From an uncultured Anaerolineales bacterium (lineage in GTDB: Bacteria > Chloroflexota > Anaerolineae > B4-G1): 64,000 nt of DNA. The stretch lies in NCBI GenBank assembly GCA_964575455.1, contig CAZNRX010000016.1:445-64444 (forward strand). Direction: 5' to 3'. Made by a program: the position numbers and the translations under genes. The notes under the pieces are model-generated. The model ran no database searches. It saw nothing but the letters and a program-made list of their open reading frames with translations, and had not been told where the DNA came from. Of the stretch, positions 51,428-59,887 are shown one piece after another (positions within the stretch are counted from its first letter, which is position 1; every line of letters begins with the position of its first letter).

Positions 51428-51446
51428 CGGGTCGACGGGGGAGATG

Positions 51447-52349
51447 CTACTTGGTCGACTCGACGCGTTTCCACAGCGTGTCGAAAGGGCGCCGCAGCAA
51501 GCGTACCCTGATCAACACAAGCACCCAGAGGTGCAGTCGAGCGAGGAAAAGCAGCAGCGTCCAGAGAAACTCGCGGGTGCTTCTCGGATACGCCAGGGCC
51601 ATTCGCGCCCCGGTCTTGAGCTCCAGCCAGGCGGAGCGCATACGGACAGGGGATTCGCGCACGTATTCCTGCGCGTAGCCGCCCGCTGAGCGGACCTTCT
51701 GCCGCAGCCAGTCGCTGTAAGTGGTCGGATAGCGGACGTAGACGCGCGCGTCGGGGGCGTAGCGAATGCGGTAGCCCTGTTGTGCGATGTGGTGCGAGAT
51801 GACGGCGTCCTCGGCCAATGCGTCCTCCGGCACGCGGTCGACGAGCGAGTGTCGAACGGCGAGGAGGTAGCCGGAGCATAGGAGGAAGCGCCCCTGCCGG
51901 TCGCGCTTGAGACGCATGCGGTGGATGGTGTCCGTCAGCAGGTGCGACCAGTAGCCCATCTGGGTCTCTCTGGGGTTGACGCTGATGGGGTGACCGCTGA
52001 CGGCGCCAACCTGAGGGTCTGCGAAGGGGGCCAGGAGCGGCTCCAGGGCCCCGTTGTCGATCACCACGTCTCCATCGCTGAGCGCCACGATCTCGCCCTG
52101 CGCTGCCTCCAGGCCAGCGTTCACGGCGGTTGGCTTACCCCGTTGGGGATCGGCGACGTGGCGCACGGGCGCACGCGCTGCTTCGTGGCTTACGGCGTAG
52201 CTATCCACCACGGCTGTGGTCTCCGGATCGGGACAGACGACGATGAGCTCGGCCTGTTCGGGCATCTGGGCCAGGAAGGCCTCAATGGCCTGGCCGACGG
52301 TCTCAGCCTCGCGGAAGGCCGTGATGATCACGCTGAGTCTGGGCGTCAT
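51447..52349 (-). CDS. family 2 glycosyltransferase
   Basis: LSVIITAFRE, a DGD-type DxD (ALSDGDVV) and C-terminal TM helices. Confidence 0.85.
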   Translation of the reverse strand: MTPRLSVIITAFREAETVGQAIEAFLAQMPEQAELIVVCPDPETTAVVDSYAVSHEAARAPVRHVADPQRGKPTAVNAGLEAAQGEIVALSDGDVVIDNGALEPLLAPFADPQVGAVSGHPISVNPRETQMGYWSHLLTDTIHRMRLKRDRQGRFLLCSGYLLAVRHSLVDRVPEDALAEDAVISHHIAQQGYRIRYAPDARVYVRYPTTYSDWLRQKVRSAGGYAQEYVRESPVRMRSAWLELKTGARMALAYPRSTREFLWTLLLFLARLHLWVLVLIRVRLLRRPFDTLWKRVESTK

Positions 52350-52371
52350 AGGTGGCGTCTCATGGGGGTCA

Positions 52372-52402
52372 GGTGCAACGCACCGGGGAGGTGCGTCGCA
52401 CC
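52372..52402. promoter_or_regulatory. paired 13 bp palindromes GGTGCAACGCACC / GGTGCGTCGCACC (copy 1 of 3)
   Basis: Same 31 bp module as at 52895-52925 and 52938-52968. Confidence 0.45.
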
Positions 52403-52416
52403 GGAGCCGGTGTGGC

Positions 52417-52860
52417 TCACGCAGACAGGGTCTCGGTGGCGCCCAGGTTCCAGAGGTCGAGGCCGGTGTCTGGATCGTGCTGGCGGCGGATCACGGTCGG
52501 CGCCGTCTCAACGACGACCTCCACGGTGGGCCCGACCGTGGCTTCCACGACGTGGCCGCCCCAGGCGCTGTAGTCGGAGCGGCCCACGGTGACGTGAGCG
52601 TGGATCATCCGCTCACCATCCTCGCCCTGGGTGATGTTGCCGCTCATGTTCAGCACCTCGACCTTCTCCAGCTCCTGATGCTGGTACGTCCTCGTATCCA
52701 CGTCGTAGTAGCCGAGGGTGACGCGCCGGAAGGTGCCAATGGCGAGGATGGTGCCGAAGCCAATCCGGTAGGCGTCGGCGAACTGCTTGAGGCTGTTGAT
52801 GACCTCCTCGCCTGTCTCCAGGCGAACGAGATAGGTGTCTTCCACACGCTTAACCTGCAC
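52417..52860 (-). CDS. PPC (DUF296) domain DNA-binding protein
   Basis: PPC/PCC-domain-like profile (about 140 aa with HAHVTVG and GGHVVEATV). Confidence 0.7.
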   Translation of the reverse strand: MQVKRVEDTYLVRLETGEEVINSLKQFADAYRIGFGTILAIGTFRRVTLGYYDVDTRTYQHQELEKVEVLNMSGNITQGEDGERMIHAHVTVGRSDYSAWGGHVVEATVGPTVEVVVETAPTVIRRQHDPDTGLDLWNLGATETLSA

Positions 52861-52894
52861 CGCTGTCCTCCTTCTTTATGGATCGACTACTGCA

Positions 52895-52968
52895 GGTGCA
52901 ACGCACCGTGGAGGTGCATCGCACCAGGTCTGTCGAAGGTGCAACGCACGGTGGAGGTGCATCGCACC
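52895..52968. promoter_or_regulatory. two further copies of the GGTGCAACGCACC-N5-GGTGCATCGCACC module, upstream of the PPC gene
   Basis: Direct duplication of a 31 bp module, each module made of two 13 bp palindromes. Confidence 0.5.
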
Positions 52969-53058
52969 ATTTGGATCTATGACATCTTAGCATGATCTGG
53001 ATGTTCTGGCAATTGTATTTGTGCCGCGAAACTTGCAGAGGTTGCACAGCCCGGATGT

Positions 53059-54282
53059 CTATTCCAGCCTTTTCCTCAGTCTTCGGGTGGCGGCGGCGTA
53101 GAGGAGCGTGCCAAGCCCTGCCAGGGCCAGCAATTGCGGGCCTAAATCTGCGATCCTGTTCCCCTTGAGCATGATACCGCGCACGATGGCGGTGAAGTGG
53201 GTGAGGGGAGCCAGCTGGGCCGCTACCTGGGCGGCCCGCGGCATGTTCTCCACCGGCAGTATCTGTCCCGAGAGGATTCTCTCCAGGAGCGACCAGAAGA
53301 AGGCGGCCAGAAGCGCTTGGCCTTGTGTGTGGGCGATGACGGAGATGATCAACCCCAAGCCCATCTCGACGAAGATGTAGAAGGCCGTCACTCCCATCAG
53401 GAGCGTCACTGAACCGCGCAGCGGCACGTCATAGTGGAAGACGCATAGTGCCAGCATCTCCAGAAAGGTGATGTAGGTAATGACCATCGCCAGGGATCCC
53501 TTGCTCAGGATCACCTCAAACGGCTGTATGGGGGTCACGAAAAGCTGCTCCAGGGTGCCGGTCTCCCGCTCCTTGACGATCACGGCGGCGGTGAGGAAGA
53601 TAGCCAGCATCGCCACGCTGCTGGCCATTGCGCCTGGAAGCCGAAAGGCCTCCTCTCTCATGTCCTCGTTGAACCAGATCCGGGAGCGCGGCTCGACCCG
53701 CGTGATCAGAATGGCCAGAGCCGCGTCGCTTCTGGAAGCTGCGTCGCCTCCTCCGCCTGGGGGATGAACGCGAGCGCCATGGCCACCGGACAGCCGCTGA
53801 GCGTATCGGGGCGCCACGCTTGCCAGGTAGGCGGCTGCTTTGGAGGCCGCCGCCGGCTCGGATGCGTCCAGGAGCATCTGCACGGCGGCCTCCTGGCCGC
53901 GTGTCAGACTGCTCTCGAAATCCGCTGGTATGGTCAGCCCCGCCTTGGCGCTACCCTGCTCCAGCAGACGCTCCATGTCCGACAGGCTGTGGACGTGATA
54001 CGCTGTGGTGAAGAGGTCCGAAGCCGCCAGCATCTCGACCAGCTGGCGGCTGCTCGAGCTGCGATCCTGATCATAGACGGCCATGGGGAGCTCCATGGTC
54101 CGGGTCGAGCTTGATCGAGCGACGCCCTGGAGCTGGATGACCGGAAGCAGGATTGCGAATATGAGCAACGTCTTGTAGCGCCAGAACTGGAGGACCTCCT
54201 TCCACACCATGTTCCACAGTCGAAGAAGCATTGTCACCATCCTCGGGCACAGGCGCCGGGCGTGTTCGCCTGGGCGATCCAT
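53059..54282 (-). CDS. ABC-2 type transporter permease
   Basis: N-terminal TM anchor, large extracytoplasmic domain and a C-terminal 5-6 TM ABC2_membrane_3-like region. Confidence 0.8.
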   Translation of the reverse strand: MDRPGEHARRLCPRMVTMLLRLWNMVWKEVLQFWRYKTLLIFAILLPVIQLQGVARSSSTRTMELPMAVYDQDRSSSSRQLVEMLAASDLFTTAYHVHSLSDMERLLEQGSAKAGLTIPADFESSLTRGQEAAVQMLLDASEPAAASKAAAYLASVAPRYAQRLSGGHGARVHPPGGGGDAASRSDAALAILITRVEPRSRIWFNEDMREEAFRLPGAMASSVAMLAIFLTAAVIVKERETGTLEQLFVTPIQPFEVILSKGSLAMVITYITFLEMLALCVFHYDVPLRGSVTLLMGVTAFYIFVEMGLGLIISVIAHTQGQALLAAFFWSLLERILSGQILPVENMPRAAQVAAQLAPLTHFTAIVRGIMLKGNRIADLGPQLLALAGLGTLLYAAATRRLRKRLE

Positions 54283-54289
54283 CGCCTTG

Positions 54290-55441
54290 TCACGCCAGTT
54301 TCTTCTTGAGGCGCCAGAGCGTCAGGCCGTTCAGCATCGTGCCGGCGATGAGCAGATAGAGGCCATGGGTCGTAAGATCGTGCAGGTGCAGTCCTTTCAG
54401 GAAGATCCCGCGCGTGATGATGATGTAGTGGGTGGCAGGCCACACGAGCGCCCGGATCTGGGCGTCGTGCGGCATGGCGAAGAGCGGCCTGGTGAGACCG
54501 GACTGCGTGATGGGGAAGATGAAGAGCAGACTGCCGACAATCAAAGCCGCCATCTGATTGCGCAGCACGCTGGAGAGCAACATACTTATCCCGAGGTTGG
54601 CGATGAGGAAGAGGGTGGACAGCAGCATGAGATCCACCAGCCGGCCTCTGAACGGCACGCCGAAGAGGACAACGCCGATCAGGGTGAGGAAGAGAACGTC
54701 CAACAGGCCGATCAGCAAGTAGGGCGCGGTCTTTCCGATCAGGAGTTGATGACGCCGAATGGGGGTGGTCATCAACTGCTCCATGCTGCCCTGCTCCTTC
54801 TCCCGCACCAGCGAGAGGATGGCGAAAAGGGGAGGGAAGATCAGGACAAAGGCCATCAGCCCGGGGAGGATGGTGTTCAGCTCCTTCAGATCCGCGTTGT
54901 AGAGCGGTCGGATGCGGAACGCGAAGGATGATGTCTCACCCGATCGCCGGCCCGACGCGATGACCTGTTCCCGCTGTAGACGCACCGAGACGTCAGTCGA
55001 CAGCGCCTCGGCGTTGCTCTGGATCTTCCGCGCGATGGTGGGGTCGGTGCCATCGACGATGATCTGGACGGGCACGCTTCTGCCCTCCAGCATGGTTCTG
55101 GCGAAGCCGGACGGCACGATGACCGCGCCGCGCGTCTGACCCGATGCAACGGATTGTCGAGCCTCGTCGGCGCTCGACACGCGGCGCTCGATGTGGAAGA
55201 AGTCGCTGACATCGAAGCGCTGTAGATAGGCTCGTGATGCGGGACTGTGGTCGCCGTCCATGACCGCGATAGGGATGTGCTCAATGTCGGCGGAGATGGC
55301 GTAGGAGAGCAGCGCCATCAGCAGGACCGTGCCCAGCGTGGCCCCGACCAGAGCGTATGGGTCGCGCAGGACGTGCCAAAACTCCTTGCGCATCACGGCG
55401 AGTAGCTTACGCATGGGAGTGTGCACGTGTGCAAGTGGCAA
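54290..55441 (-). CDS. ABC-2 type transporter permease (paralog of the previous gene)
   Basis: Same architecture as the adjacent permease. Confidence 0.8.
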   Translation of the reverse strand: MPLAHVHTPMRKLLAVMRKEFWHVLRDPYALVGATLGTVLLMALLSYAISADIEHIPIAVMDGDHSPASRAYLQRFDVSDFFHIERRVSSADEARQSVASGQTRGAVIVPSGFARTMLEGRSVPVQIIVDGTDPTIARKIQSNAEALSTDVSVRLQREQVIASGRRSGETSSFAFRIRPLYNADLKELNTILPGLMAFVLIFPPLFAILSLVREKEQGSMEQLMTTPIRRHQLLIGKTAPYLLIGLLDVLFLTLIGVVLFGVPFRGRLVDLMLLSTLFLIANLGISMLLSSVLRNQMAALIVGSLLFIFPITQSGLTRPLFAMPHDAQIRALVWPATHYIIITRGIFLKGLHLHDLTTHGLYLLIAGTMLNGLTLWRLKKKLA

Positions 55442-55486
55442 GTATGCAAGTGGTGAGTTTGTGCATTGGTATGTTGGTCTGGCGGC

Positions 55487-56230
55487 TTACGCTGGTTTGG
55501 AATTGGGCTGCGCCGGCTGACTGCACGGCCTGAGGCCGTCGAGCAGGAAGCTGCTGAGCTCCTCTATCAGCTCATCGCTACCCCAGGTCGATTTCAGTAT
55601 CGGGTCATCCAGGAGGAGGAGTTCGAGCAGCCCGAAGTTGGCGGCGAGGAAGTAGCGTGCGAAAAGCGGCACGTTGACGGGTCGTATCTCTCCTTGCTCG
55701 ATCCGCGCCTGTAGGTGTCGCTCCAGAAGCTCCAGCGTAGGTGCCAGAAGTTGTTGGTGGTAGCGATCTGCGAAGGCCCGATCGATGAGGATCTCGGAGA
55801 TGACGGCGCGAAGCATCGGCTCGTTCTGGGCGACGAAGGCCTGGCGGGCGTGAAGCACGTCCTCCAGGAACTCGCGGATGTCGATTGAGAGCGTCTGCTC
55901 GACTGCTTTGGGGGCTGCTGTGGGCGCAGCGCCGGTGGCTGCATCGACACCGGTGACCGGGCGACCACGCCCGGGCTCCCCTGTGGTCAGCCGAGCCATG
56001 ATGTGGATCAGCAGGTCATCTTTGCTGTCGAAGTAGTTGTAGATCGTGCCTTCGGAGACGCCGGCGGCCTCGGCGATCTCCCTCGTTGTGGCGGCGTGGA
56101 AGCCTTTGCGGGCGAAGACGTGGGCGGCGCCATTGAGGATCTGAGCCTTGCGGCTGGCGGCTGATGCCTGGTGCTTGGTGGCCGGTGCTGATCGGCCTTC
56201 GCGGCGCGCGGGTCTCCCTTCGTCAGACAT
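55487..56230 (-). CDS. TetR-family transcriptional regulator
   Basis: N-terminal HTH (AATTREIAEAAGVSEGTIYNYF) plus a C-terminal ligand-binding domain. Confidence 0.9.
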   Translation of the reverse strand: MSDEGRPARREGRSAPATKHQASAASRKAQILNGAAHVFARKGFHAATTREIAEAAGVSEGTIYNYFDSKDDLLIHIMARLTTGEPGRGRPVTGVDAATGAAPTAAPKAVEQTLSIDIREFLEDVLHARQAFVAQNEPMLRAVISEILIDRAFADRYHQQLLAPTLELLERHLQARIEQGEIRPVNVPLFARYFLAANFGLLELLLLDDPILKSTWGSDELIEELSSFLLDGLRPCSQPAQPNSKPA

Positions 56231-56262
56231 GGTGTCTCTCCCCTGGCAATCAGGATTGTGGT

Positions 56263-56284
56263 GTTGAGTGAGCGCTCACTCAAC
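56263..56284. promoter_or_regulatory. perfect 22 bp palindrome; candidate TetR operator
   Basis: GTTGAGTGAGCGCTCACTCAAC lies 33 bp upstream of the TetR start. Confidence 0.6.
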
Positions 56285-56332
56285 AGGTCGTTGCGGGTAT
56301 ATTAGCTCAATCTCCCGTTGTTGTCAAGACGC

Positions 56333-59300
56333 TCAGTCGATCTGCAAAGCGATCACCTTTCGCGCCAACACGCTGATCGCCTCATTGCGTCTCTGTAGCT
56401 GGCCCTTGATCACCACAAAGGGCGAACGGAGGGCCTTCCGGCTCTCCTCATAGACTTTGGGACGGATGACGACGTTGATGAGCCCTCCCTCATCCTCCAG
56501 CGTCAGGAAGGCTACGCCCTTGGCCGTTGGAGGACGCTGGCGCGAGACGACGATGCCGCCCACCCGTACCTGGCATCCATCCTCCAATTCCGACAGCGCC
56601 TCGCTCGGCGTCGCGTGCACTGCCTTTAGCTTGTCGCTGATCAGAGCTGTGGGATGTTCCCGGGCGCTCATCCCGGTGTGTGCCATCTCGGTCCATAACC
56701 TCCCTCGCGGCGAGAGAAAGGCGAAGCGGGGCCGGCCTTCCGGCGGTGGGATGGCCAGCTCCTGGGTGACCGCCCTTGACCCGGAGCCTGCGGCTGCTTC
56801 CAGGGCCGTCTTCAACTCCCAGATCAGTTGTCGTCGTGGGACGCCCCATTCGTCGAAGGCGCCGGCCCAGATCATGCCCTCTACAGCTCTTCTTCCCAGC
56901 TTCGTGCGCCGGCAGAAGTCGGCCAGGGAGCGGAAGGGGCCGAAGCGCCGCGCCTCCACCACGCTCTGGCCGCCGACCTCCCCCAGCTCTTTGATCACCG
57001 CTAGCCCCAGCCGCAGCGCCTGGCCCTCCACAGTGGCCTGCAGCTCGGAGGCCTCCACATCTGCCGGACGGACCTCCAAGCCGCGGCGACGAGCCTCGGA
57101 GACGACCACGTGCGCTGGATAGAACCCCATGGGCTGATGGCGCAGCAGGGCGGCGAAGAAGGCCAAGGGGTGGTAGCGCCGCAGCCAAGCGGACTGGTAC
57201 GTCAGCACGGCGAAGGCCGCTGCGTGGCTCTTGGGGAACGAGTAGCTGCCGAAGGCCTGGAGCTGCTCGAAGATCCGCTCCGCTGCTCTCGCCTCGACGC
57301 CTCGCTCTGCCGCGCCGTCGAGGAAGCGTCTCCTGAAGCGCGCGATCCTCCGTCCGGCGCGCTTGTGCGAAAGGGCGCGCCGCAGGAGCTCTGCCTCACC
57401 CGGGGTGAACCCGGCCAGATCTCGCGCCACCTTCAAAACCTGCTCCTGGAAGATGATCACGCCCAGCGTCTCCCTGAGCGCGTCCTCCAGGAGGGGGTGT
57501 GGATAGCTGATCGGCTCGCGGCCCTCGCGGCGGCGCAGGTAGGGGCGGACCATCTGGGCCTGAAGCGGCCCGGGACGGATGAGGGAGATTTGGATGACCA
57601 GGTCGTCGAACGAACGCGGCTGAAAGCGCGGGATCAGGTTGGCCTGGGCTCTCGATTCCACCTGGAAGACGCCGATCGTCTTGCCTTGGCAGAGCATGTC
57701 GTAGACCTCGGGGTCATCTTGTGAGAGCGACGTCAGGTCCGGGCGCTGCTCGGTCTGGCCTTCGACGATGGTCACGGCGTCCTCGATGAGAGAGAGCATC
57801 CTCAGCCCCAACAGGTCGATCTTGACCAATCCCGCGCCCTCCAGGCCATCCTTGTCCCATTGGGTGACCACGGGGGTAGAGGACACCCCTAGGCCCTCCA
57901 TGGTCGCCGGCTCCAGCGGCACCAGCTCGCACAGCGGTGGGCCGGAGAGCACCACACCCCCGTTGTGGATCCCCAGATGGCGTGGGATGCCCTCCAGTTG
58001 GGGCACCAGCCGCAGGAGGTGTTGGAACAGCCTGGGTGACTGTGTCGACCCGGGTGACTGTGTCGACCCGGGTGAGTTGGCGCCCTTGCACGCCGCCCCG
58101 CCTGTCAGTTGCTCGGCATCGAACGCCTGCAGCATCCCGCGTGACTCTCTCACGCTTTTCGCGTCTCGGACGTCGAGCGACTTAGCCAGTCGCTCCACCA
58201 GCGCCGGCGGGAACCCGAGCACGCGCGCCACGTCCCGCACCGCCGATCGGGCGCGGAAGGTGACGAAGGTGCAGGCCATAGCTGCGTGCTCCCGGCCGTA
58301 GCACTGGTAGACGTATTGGATCACCTCCTCGCGCCGGTCGGCGGCGATGTCGATGTCGATGTCGGGCGGTGAGCCGCGCTCCTGTGAGAGGAAGCGCTCA
58401 AAGACCAGATCGCACGCCACCGGATCGATAGGGCTGATATCCAGAAGGTAGGCCACTAGCGAGTTGGCCGCGCTTCCCCGGCCCTGGTAGCGAATGCCCG
58501 CCTGTTGGGCGAAGCGCACGATATCCCAGACGACGAGGAAGTAGTTGGACAGCCCCATCTGTTGGATCACCGAGAGCTCCTGCTCCAGCAGCGCGGTCGG
58601 CGGATTGACAGGGTAGCGGCGATGAAGCGCCCGCTGGCACAGTTGCCGCAGTCTGTGGTGAGCGTCGCTGGGTGCCCCCCCTCTTATCCCCCCCAGAGGG
58701 GGGGAAGCGGGCTTTGGGGTTCCCCTCCCAGAGGGGGAGCGGGCCTTGGGGACCTCCCCCAGAGAGGGGGAAGCGGGCTTTGGGGTTCCCCCCCAGAGGG
58801 GGAGCGGGCTTTGGGGTTCCCCCCCAGAGGGGGGGAAGCTAGGGCCTTGGGGACCTCCCCCAGAGTGGGGGAGGCTAGGGCCTCGGGGCCCCTCCCAGAG
58901 GAGAGAGGTTGGGGCCTTGAAGAGTCCCCCCGGAGGGGAGGAGGTTGGGGTCTCGGGGAGTGTCTGCATCCCGGCGGGCAGGTAGTCGCACGCTGGTGCA
59001 CAGCGTTGGGCGATGCGCAGGGCGTTCTCCAGGGCGATAGGCACGTCGCTGAAGAGCCTCGCCATCTCCCCCGGCGAGCGCAGGATATACTCGTCGTTGG
59101 AGCGCAGCAGATCGTCGGCGTCCTCCAGGACGGTCTGATGGTGGATGCAGCGCAGGACGTCGTGAACCTCCCGCTGGTGTGGATGGAGGTAGTGGACGTT
59201 TCCGGTCGCCACCACGTCGAGGCCGGCCCGATCGGCCAGCGTCGTCAGCTGCGCCAGAAGCCGGTTATCGTCCCTCACGTAGTGGCGCTGCAGCTCGATG

Positions 59301-59788
59301 AAGAAGCGATGAGGGCCGAAGACGCGGGCGTAGCCCTGAGCCGCGCTCAACGCTTGCTCACGTTTCTTGGCCATCAACAAGCGCGGTATCTCGCCCCGGC
59401 GACAGCCCGAGAGCGCAATCAAGCCCTCGGCGTGGGCGGCGAGGTCACGCTTGTCAAGCCGAGCTACTCCCTTGTCCTGATGCTGACGCGCCAGCGTGAT
59501 CAGGCGGCACAGGTTGGCGTATCCCTCCGCGGTCTCTATCAGAAGGATGAGGTGGGAACCTTCTTCGTGTGCCGGGTCGCGGAGCGTCATCTCGCTGCCC
59601 AGGATGGGCTTGACCCCTGCCTCCCGCGCAGCCTTCACGAAGCGCACCGCGCCGTAGAGCGCGTCGTGGTCGGTCAGGGCCAACGCAGGGATCCCTAGAT
59701 CGGCCGCTCGGACCGCCAGCGCCTCCGGCGAGGGGACGCCGTCGAGCAAGCTATGGCTAGAGTGGGTGTGAAGCTCGGCGTATTTCAT
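56333..59788 (-). CDS. dnaE2: error-prone DNA polymerase III alpha-like subunit (DnaE2/ImuC) carrying an in-frame Pro/Gly-rich repeat insertion
   Basis: PHP N-terminus (YAELHTHSSHSLLDG), polymerase core and a C-terminal OB fold. Preceded by imuB and a LexA box. Start taken at MKYAELH; the tracked ORF extends to 59860 across direct repeats. Confidence 0.8.
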   Translation of the reverse strand: MKYAELHTHSSHSLLDGVPSPEALAVRAADLGIPALALTDHDALYGAVRFVKAAREAGVKPILGSEMTLRDPAHEEGSHLILLIETAEGYANLCRLITLARQHQDKGVARLDKRDLAAHAEGLIALSGCRRGEIPRLLMAKKREQALSAAQGYARVFGPHRFFIELQRHYVRDDNRLLAQLTTLADRAGLDVVATGNVHYLHPHQREVHDVLRCIHHQTVLEDADDLLRSNDEYILRSPGEMARLFSDVPIALENALRIAQRCAPACDYLPAGMQTLPETPTSSPPGGLFKAPTSLLWEGPRGPSLPHSGGGPQGPSFPPSGGEPQSPLPLWGGTPKPASPSLGEVPKARSPSGRGTPKPASPPLGGIRGGAPSDAHHRLRQLCQRALHRRYPVNPPTALLEQELSVIQQMGLSNYFLVVWDIVRFAQQAGIRYQGRGSAANSLVAYLLDISPIDPVACDLVFERFLSQERGSPPDIDIDIAADRREEVIQYVYQCYGREHAAMACTFVTFRARSAVRDVARVLGFPPALVERLAKSLDVRDAKSVRESRGMLQAFDAEQLTGGAACKGANSPGSTQSPGSTQSPRLFQHLLRLVPQLEGIPRHLGIHNGGVVLSGPPLCELVPLEPATMEGLGVSSTPVVTQWDKDGLEGAGLVKIDLLGLRMLSLIEDAVTIVEGQTEQRPDLTSLSQDDPEVYDMLCQGKTIGVFQVESRAQANLIPRFQPRSFDDLVIQISLIRPGPLQAQMVRPYLRRREGREPISYPHPLLEDALRETLGVIIFQEQVLKVARDLAGFTPGEAELLRRALSHKRAGRRIARFRRRFLDGAAERGVEARAAERIFEQLQAFGSYSFPKSHAAAFAVLTYQSAWLRRYHPLAFFAALLRHQPMGFYPAHVVVSEARRRGLEVRPADVEASELQATVEGQALRLGLAVIKELGEVGGQSVVEARRFGPFRSLADFCRRTKLGRRAVEGMIWAGAFDEWGVPRRQLIWELKTALEAAAGSGSRAVTQELAIPPPEGRPRFAFLSPRGRLWTEMAHTGMSAREHPTALISDKLKAVHATPSEALSELEDGCQVRVGGIVVSRQRPPTAKGVAFLTLEDEGGLINVVIRPKVYEESRKALRSPFVVIKGQLQRRNEAISVLARKVIALQID
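58681..58975. repeat. about 8 tandem copies of a 33-36 bp GC-palindromic unit (CCCCCCCAGAGGGGGGG-AAGCGGGCTTTGGGGTT) inside the dnaE2 coding frame
   Basis: Seen directly in the sequence. It encodes the peptide ..GGLFKAPTSLLWEGPRGPSLPHSGGGPQGPSFPPSGGEPQSPLPLWGGTPKPASPSLGEVPKARSPSGRGTPKPASPPLGG.. without stop codons. Confidence 0.85.
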
Positions 59789-59860
59789 GAACGCGAAAGG
59801 CACGAAAGATGAACACGAAAGGCACGGAATACGAACACGAAGGGCGCGAAAGGCGGGCAC
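59789..59860. repeat. three direct repeats of about 22 bp (ATGAACRCGAAAGGCACGRAAK) in the imuB-dnaE2 junction
   Basis: Seen in the sequence immediately upstream of the proposed dnaE2 start. Confidence 0.7.
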
Positions 59861-59887
59861 GAAGAGCTCGAAAGGGTCGTCATTGGC

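Noticed and set aside
56490-57724. Several 200+ aa ORFs in both orientations inside dnaE2
   Set aside because: Alternative-frame high-GC ORFs with Arg/Pro/Gly-rich composition; the DnaE2 frame is the conserved one.
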